Assembly: GCF_006345805.1 (NCBI RefSeq)
Contig: NC_043024.1
Location: forward strand, 13,702,001-13,766,000
From: Octopus sinensis
Taxonomy: Eukaryota
DNA length: 64,000 nt
Reading direction: 5' to 3'
This document shows positions 55,330 through 64,000 of this stretch, one piece after another. Position numbers and translations under genes: made by a program. How positions within the stretch are numbered: position 1 is the first letter of the stretch; each line of letters begins with the position of its first letter. The notes below the pieces were generated by a model, which was given only the letters and a program-made list of their open reading frames with translations, had not been told where the DNA came from and made no database searches.

Positions 55330-56151
55330 TATTTGTTACTGACCACAAGGGGCTAAACGCAGAGGGGACAAACCAGGACGCACAAACGGATTAAGTCGAT
55401 TACATCGAACCCAGTGCGTAACCGTAACTGGTACTTATTTAATCGTTCCCGAAAGGATGAAAGGCATAGTCGACCTCGGCGGAATTTGAACTCAGAACGT
55501 AGCGGCAGACGAAATACGGCTACGCATTTCGCCCTGCGTGCTAACGTTTCTTAGTTCTTTACTACCCACAAGGGGCTACACACAGATGGGACAAACAAGG
55601 ACGGACAAACGGATTAAGTCCATTACTTCGACATCAGTGCGTAACTGCTACTTAATTTTATCGACCCCGAAGGGATGAAAGGTAAAGTCGACCTTGGCAG
55701 AATTTGAACTCAGAACGTAGCGGCAGACGAAATACCTATTTCTTTACTACCCACAAGGAGCTAAACACAGAGAGGACAAACAAGGGAAGAGAAACATATT
55801 AAGTCGATTATATCGACCCCAGTTCGAAACTAGTACTTATTTAATCGATACCGAAAGGATGAAAGGCAAAGTGGACCTCGGCGGAACATGAAATCAGGAC
55901 GTAGCGGCAGACGAAATACCTATTTCTTTACTACCCTCAAGGGGCTAAACACAGAGGGGACAAACAAGTACAGACAATGGAATTAAGTCGATTATATCGA
56001 ACCCAGTGCGTAACTGGTACTTATTTAATCAACCTCGAAAGGATGAAAGGCAAAGTCGACCTCCGTGGAATTTGAACTCAGAACGAAGCGGCAGACGAAG
56101 TGATGTTAAGCATTTCGCCCGATGTGCTAACGTTTCTGCCAGCTCGCCGCC
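55330..56151 (-). mobile_element. SINE family A tandem tetramer
   Basis: Four bodies, complete head at ~56100-56151, partial head at ~55515-55550. Confidence 0.9.
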
Positions 56152-57900
56152 TTCTATGTGTACTTTTCTGTCGCTATGTTACATCTAAGTCTGTGTAATA
56201 GATAAAAGTGAAGATGCGCGTCTTAGTGGGCAGGGTATTGGGGTAAAAATCGTAAGGACGTCAGTTCGACCACAGGCGGCGTGTTGGGCCCTTGGGCAAG
56301 GCGGTTTATACCACGGTGCTTTTGTACACTCAGCTGGGAGAAATGAATAGCCTCTGTAATTGAAACATCAACCCGATGAAGAAGCCGCAGCTTATGATTC
56401 TCATCTCTCTCAGCATTATTTGTTGTAATTCATCCGGCAATGCAATATATGCGTCCATACATGGAAAGAAACATGCAAACATTCACATGTGTACGCATAT
56501 ACAGAATGGAAGAGCACTATACACCGACTGATTAATTACAGAAATACCTGTATAGAGAGGCAAATACATAAATGTATACATGCGTAAGCATAAGCATATA
56601 TGCATACACATATATGTACAACTTACTGCGTGAATGCATGTAACTGAGACGTTGATATATAGTAAATATATATTTGATACGCTTTTTATATATGCATTTA
56701 TATAATATTTAAGTATATATATATATATATAGGGAGAGAGAGAGAGATGCATGTATATATGTATATACATATAAACATGTAATAAATATTAAAATGAATT
56801 CTAATTATAAAAATTTTGAAGCACGAACGCGGAAAAGTGTGTACACACACACTATATACATACATACATACATACATATATTATATATGTATGCATAAAT
56901 TCTTATATATAATATATATATACACATATATTAATATATATTTATATATATAATATATTATATATATATGCATATATATATTATATATGAATATATGTAT
57001 GCATACATTCATATATGTAATATACATAGAATATATATATATATATATATTATATTATACATATATATATTCAAATAGATATATAATACATATATATATA
57101 CATATGTATATATACACGTATATTTGTATGTATATACATATACATACACATATATATGTATGTATATGACTGTAATTAATCAGCTGGTGAATATTACACG
57201 ACTATTGTATAACGCATACAATACACTTTTGAATACCAGCAAAGCTAATGATTGGAATATCTTTTGTTCTGTATTTATTTCGAATTTGTTAATTAATGAT
57301 TAAATAAAGTCATATAAAAGAAACAATAAAACAAATAGAGAAATCTTTAAAATAATAAATTATCTAAAGAAGCCATTTTATTGGTGAAATCAATTGCATT
57401 TTTAAAAGAACATTATACTAATTAAATTTTAGACTTCTATGTAAAATCCAGAATTAATTACATAAGTGTTTATATAGTGGACGAAATTCTAGTTACATAT
57501 ACAGAAAATACACGAACAGACACAGAAATACACACACATACATACACGTATTATAACGCATATGAATGCATATATATGTTTGTATACATATATAAATATA
57601 CGTATGCATGTATAGGCATTCATATCTGCTTACATACATATATGCTCACGGACGTGTATTGATACATACACACACGCGTATATCTGATATACACATACAT
57701 GCAATGTTTTTATGTGTGGTAGCTTTTCTTTGGTCAATCCGCCATTTTCCAGCATTCTATGACACAATGCAGCATATTTGAGAAGATAACGTCAACGACG
57801 ACTATTGAATGACAAATATTAGCGAGCGACACCGCGCCATGTTATATAATAATCCAATGAGATTCTCATCTTTATGATTCCATTACTTCCAAACCAGTGT

Positions 57901-58190
57901 TGTGGAGGCACACGGCCTAGTGGTTAGAGCAGCAGACGCGCGGTTGAGGGATCGCGGGTTCGAATCGCAGACCGGGTGATGTGTGTGTTTATGAGCAAAA
58001 ACACCTAAGCTCCACGCGGCTCCGCTAGAAGGTAATGGCGAACTTCTGCTGACTCTTTCGCCACAACTTTCTCTCACACTTTCCTCCTGCATCTTGCAGC
58101 TCACCTGCGACGGACGGGGGGAACCTATACGCCAAAGAAACCGGGAAACCGGCCCTTATGAGCAAGGCGTAGCTCAAGAAGGAACAAACA
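57901..58190 (+). mobile_element. SINE family C (tRNA-derived)
   Basis: A-box ggcctagtggttagag, B-box gggttcgaatc, body ending gaaggaacaaaca. Confidence 0.9.
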
Positions 58191-58212
58191 TGTATGTATG
58201 TATGTATGTATG

Positions 58213-58507
58213 TGTGGAGGTTCATGGTCTGGTGGTTAGAGCAGCGGACTAGCGATCGAGGGATCGCAAGTTCGAATCTCAGTCCGGGTGATGCGTGTGT
58301 TTATGAGCGAAACACGCGGCTCTGGTAGAAGGTAATGGCGAACATCTGCTGACTCTTTCGCCACAACTTTCTCTCACTCTTTCCTCCTGCATCTTGCAGC
58401 TCACCTGCGATGGACTGGCGTCCCGTCCAGGTGGGGAACCTATACGCGAAGGAAACTGGGAGACCGGCTCTTATGAGCCAGGCATGGCTCGAGAAGGAAC
58501 AAACAAC
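58213..58507 (+). mobile_element. SINE family C, adjacent second copy
   Basis: Colinear with 57901-58190; includes cctgcgatggactggcgtcccgtccagg. Confidence 0.9.
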
Positions 58508-58924
58508 AAAAAAAAAACCAGTGCTGCTATGATCCCTTGTTGCTTACTACGAAATGAAGCAGCAATCTTATGCCCATGTTTCGTTATTGCAAGGCCAAGA
58601 GGTGGAGAGAGACGGTGTGGTTTACAATTAAAACAGGATCCAGTTCTTCTACGGGACACCTTCCACAAGTCTTTTCTACTATTTCCCCGGACTGACCAAT
58701 TTCCTATAACAGAATATGTTTGGCAGAAACGTTAGCACACCGGGCGAAATACCTAGCGGTGACTTTAAATAGCTGATTAAAATTGCATTTCTCGGGTGTT
58801 TCAGGACGCATTTAAGAAAAGTATACAATGTCACTCACACGCAAACAAATTTGCACACACACACACACGAGAGAATATATATAAATTAGAAATATAAGGA
58901 TATAGTTGTTCATGCATACACGCG

Positions 58925-59026
<102 letters not shown>

Positions 59027-59284
59027 ATATATAGATATATATATATATAGATAGATAGATATAAATTTATATAAATAAGGATAAGATTGTTATTTAAATA
59101 TCGATCTTATCAGGGTGGGGGCAGCATGGGAATAAAAACCTTCAAATGTGATAATTATTAAAATTATAACTTGCGGCATCTAAGAGATACCACCACGCTG
59201 GAAATAGTGGCCACAACTTCACTCTAAACCACATTAAGTCTCCATACAGCACCAGGAGAGAAGACAAGAGACAAAATAAACTAG

Positions 59285-59322
<38 letters not shown>

Positions 59323-59326
59323 TATG

Positions 59327-59358
<32 letters not shown>

Positions 59359-60134
59359 ATATATACATACATATACATACGCATGCATATATATATATAT
59401 ATATATAATATGAAATAAGATGTATAATACACACAAATACACACACATACAAACATAAACACATATATACATTATAGTTTATGTTTGAGTTCAATTTAAG
59501 ATTGTGGCCATGCTGAGGCACCTACTCGAAGGGATAAGTACAACATATCGCCTACAGTAATTATTTAAGCCCGGCGAAATTTCTCTCCTCCTGTTTTGCC
59601 GAATCGCCAAATTACATGGACGGAAAGAGAGAAACACCGGTTGTCAAATGATTTCAGGGGAAAAATACATCACAATGGTAAAGAGAAGTATTTTTTAAAT
59701 CCTTTTCATCGAAATTTACAAAAGTGACACGAGTGCCAAGAGGCTCTTGCAATGATTCTTACCAAACTCTCGGTGCTTGCGTCATTTCGGATGATTTCTG
59801 CCGTTTTAAATAACAACAATGAATGTAAATGCGTATATATGTACCTGTGTCTATATATACGTCTCTTTGTGTGAGTGTGCATACATATACACATATAGAT
59901 TGAACTGCGTGTATAAAGTGTGCGTATTGAATGTATAAATATATCGATGACGTCACTATAGCTGAAGACGTCAGGAGTTTGTGACATGCCTTTTCAGACA
60001 CAAGTGAAACACCATGAGTAAGTACCGGCATGTTTGCCTTCGCTTCCTCCAAAATTTGCAACACTTCATATGTTCGAGGGATGTAAAACGGGTCGGTCGA
60101 GGGTCGTTGACATTTATATCGTTTCTCTCGTTTC

Positions 60135-60379
<245 letters not shown>

Positions 60380-60380
<1 letters not shown>

Positions 60381-61135
60381 GCTGGCCGAATCGTTAGCAC
60401 GCCTGGTGAAAAATGCATTGTGGTATTTCGGCTTTCGCTACGCCGTGAGTTCAAATTCCACCGTTATCGACTTATCCTTTTTTCCTTTAGGGATCGATAT
60501 ATCAAGTATCAGTGTAACATTGGGTTCGAATAAATCGACTTACCCTACCCACAAATCTGCTGTCCTTGTGACAAAATTTAAAACTCTCATTATTATCATT
60601 ATCATTATTATCCTTATTATTATTATTATCATCATGATCTTCATCTTCATCATCATCATCATCATCATCATCAGTATTATTATTATTATTATTTAGGCGC
60701 CGAGCGGGTAGAATCGATACCGCGCATTTCGTTTGTCTCTTTACGTTCTGAGTTCAAATTCTACCGAGGTCAACATTGCCTTTCATCTTTTCGAGGTCGA
60801 TAGAATAACCACCAGTTTAGCAATGGGATTCGGTGTAATCAACAATGCACCTCCTATGAAATCGCTGAACTTGTGCCAAAATATGAAACCATTATCTTTA
60901 TTATTTTTATTATTACTATACAGCGGCAATCTGGCTGAATAGTCAGCACGCTGGACGAAATGTTTAGAGGTGCTTCGCCCGTCGCTAGGCTCTGAGCTCA
61001 AATTCCGCCGAGGTCGACTTTGCCTTTCATCCTTTTGGTGCCGATAAATTGAATTCCAGTTGCGTACTGGTGTCGATCTAATTAAATTGTCCCCTCCCCC
61101 AAAATTTCGATACTTGTACCTGGAGCAGAAAAGAT
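60380..61135 (+). mobile_element. Cluster of three SINE family A (tail type 2) copies separated by (TTA)n
   Basis: Copies at ~60380-60590, 60695-60895 and 60922-61135 share gagttcaaattc...gcctttcatcc...ccttgtg and end in attatt tails. Confidence 0.8.
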
Positions 61136-61169
61136 TATTATTATATTATTATTATTATTATTATTATTG

Positions 61170-61290
61170 CTTTTGCCCAGCTTCTATCGCTGGAGATGTA
61201 CTACAGTGTCAGCTGTTCACTACCAGTGAACTAAGGTAACACCTCTTATTTTTCGAGCACCACCCGAAGTATTCGAGCGTTTCCAAGCGA
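61170..61290 (-). mobile_element. R4/Dong-clade 3' terminus
   Basis: Minus strand LGNARILRVVLEK*, then a short UTR and (TAA)n. Confidence 0.7.
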
Positions 61291-63163
61291 TACAAATCGT
61301 AGAGACACAGAAGTTGTTATTGCATGGAGCTGATTCCCGAGTGTAATGTGTAATCGTTTAGTGTCTTAGCATTTCTGACTTATAAATTTTTTGTCCACTC
61401 TAGCTTTTGATGTAGATGTGATCTGGGCTTTAGCAAGTCAACCGTGAAGATCGCGTACCTGTCTTTCTCCCATCCTTTAGCGGCCGATAAAATACGTAGC
61501 AGTGAAACACTGGGGCCGATCTAATCGACTAGACCACTCCCGCCAAATTCCAGGTTTCATACTTTAGTAGAAAATATTATCATTATTATTATTGTTGTTG
61601 TTGTTGTTGTTGTGATTACCACCTATAAGAGTTAAGTTGGTGCCATCGTAAAGTACTTATTTCAAATTGGTTCTTAAGGTACCGACTTCGTACAGATTCA
61701 ATACAAAATCGGATTTTGCAACAGCAAGAATTATTCCAGTCACAGACCAAAGAAGATTACAATCGTTCACACGCACTGAAATACACACACACACGCATTC
61801 AATCACACACATATACTCATACACACAAAGAAAATATTCTCTCAGATGCGCGCGCTACTAAAATTATGAGAGCTTTTCCTTAATGAATTAATTTGATAAA
61901 GTCGGGAACGTAACACCCACATAAACAAGTTGCTACACGTCGGGGCCAAACGCAACACTTCGTGGCTGCGAAGCAAAGTTTTCCATAGATATCTGCTAGT
62001 ACCATCTCCTATATTTTCAACCATAACCTTTAGTAGGAAATCACATTTGAACTTCTCTTTCTGTTTATGACGATCGTTGGAGATTGGTGAAGATCATCAG
62101 CTGTTTTTTTTTTATTTTTAAAGTAGCTGTAAGATGGAGAAGTCTCCTTGTACGCTGTAGGATAACTCTCAAAGATATCTGCTTTAGTTTCCTCTATTTG
62201 GAATAAATAAATAAATGTGCGAAGAAGGTGGCAAAGATTTCCTCAACTTTCATTTGGTGATATTAAGAATTAGTGGCCATTATTATGTATGATAATAACC
62301 AGATTTCTACCTGGTTCTTTTTAATATCGAAGGCAATGTTTATAATGATCGGAGGAATTAAACACGTTCAATTTTTTAGTTTTAAAATTGTCTCTGATTT
62401 GCAAAAATCCTCTGTAAATGTAATTATAATAAACTGAAAATATGTGACTTAGCTAAACATTGTAAGCATTAGGATTTGCCTCCGTAATGAAACAACACCA
62501 AAGGATAAGTAGAATTCATAAGAAAAGATCAGTTATAATTAGACTGGCAGATTTCGACTGCGTTATTAATTTTACAGTCGAGAGTCACAGGAAGGGAATA
62601 GTGTGAACACTCCTGATTGGTGCTTCCACAAGAAAATAATGAATTATAGATTGAGAGGGAATAAGAAATGAAAGGCAGAGGGGAGAGAGAGAGAGATATA
62701 TATAGAGAGAGAGAAGAGAGAGAGAGAGAGAAACAGACAGGCAGACAGAAAAGAAATGAAAGAAAAAATGGGGAGAAACTGTCCCCTATACTTATCTATG
62801 GATCCCGAATGAATGTTAGGCTTACAGAATTCTGAAGAATGTGAACACAGAATGCATCGTGTATAAGAATCCACTACTTTGTATATGTGTCCGAGAGTCT
62901 CAAACGAATTTGCCAAATGTTTGGGCCAAATAATAAGATTATTTAAAATGTCTAAGAATATAAATCCATTGTTACCTATCAGAAGAATTATAAATAACTT
63001 AAAGAGTTGCAATGCGGTTTGGAATATCTATTGTTATATTAGTAATTTCGAATTTGTAATTTATAGAAAATTTGTAGTGTGTGACGACCGTGTGTATATA
63101 TTAACACTGATATACATACGTACTTATAATATGCATGCATACAAAGGTAAACATATATGCATG

Positions 63164-63203
<40 letters not shown>

Positions 63204-64000
63204 CAATATAGATATAATATATATACTTGTATGCTTGTGTTAAGATATATACATGTATTCATACATACATATATACATTCACATATACTTATGTATAAAT
63301 ATATCTATATAAATACATATGTATGTATATATGTGTGTGTATGTGCATTCATACCTACATATTAAAATATGTATAAATATATATATATATATATATTTAT
63401 ATATTTATATAAGCATGTATGCGTGTATAGACTTATGTATATATGTATATGTATATATATGTGTGTGCGTGTATATATATTATATTGCCTCTAGCATATT
63501 GACTGCCTTTCATCTTCGTTACATGAAAGCAAAATAATTAAATATAAATTTTTACAACACTATTAATCTCAACTAATTAATTATTATTAGCATAATTATG
63601 TAAAGTAAAGGTCTTTGGGAAATTATTCCTTAGAAATAATATGTTGGTTACTACCAAATAGTCGTTCAGACCGAAAATCTCCACAGAAAGGCAGACAATT
63701 CTTAGAATTTCAATTCCATTTCGAACGAATCAAAAGGAATATATTCACGAGGCATTAATTCCGTGCGAGTCACGCTTGGTTGCATTCGGCTTCACTAATA
63801 ACGTAAATTATACTATTTAGAGTTAAGCTAAGCTCGTCATACTTCATGCTTCGAGTATCCTAAACGCTACATCACAGCAGGGTGTATAAGGGCAGTCACA
63901 GCCGCCTTGAAGAGTTTCCTGAAACTTTGTAATTAATAAACTCGACATATACTGGATCGATTCTTCGTTGTGTGGCGAATCATAACTTTTCATATAATAA

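Noticed and set aside
57901-57975. tRNA gene
   Set aside because: A and B boxes are present but continue into a multicopy SINE body; no convincing cloverleaf or T-run terminator.
59980-60025. CTGAAGA...GAAAC...GTA hammerhead-like spacing
   Set aside because: No convincing stem I or properly closed stem II.

Overview
AT-rich eukaryotic DNA, dense in microsatellites and transposons, with no supportable host protein-coding exon. Almost all ORFs in the track are translations of (TA)n, (TAA)n, (CA)n or (TATC)n repeats. The tRNA-derived SINE repertoire suggests a cephalopod (Octopus-like) intergenic or intronic region; this is inference. Identifiable content: at least four SINE families, Penelope-like element (PLE) remnants with GIY-YIG endonuclease fragments, R4/Dong and RTE LINE fragments, a non-autonomous Helitron, mariner ends and nested MITEs. 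The main finding is a young, near-identical ~586-nt tandem and inverted repeat at 1551-3583 inserted in (TA)n. Each complete unit folds into a type I hammerhead ribozyme with a non-canonical core (CCGAUGA), a very long stem II and a palindromic stem III, resembling a retrozyme or PLE pseudo-LTR. Several unrelated (TA)n-embedded elements carry other variant minimal hammerhead motifs, and their inversion junctions repeatedly fall within the motif. All structures were derived by eye; no folding, alignment or database search was run.
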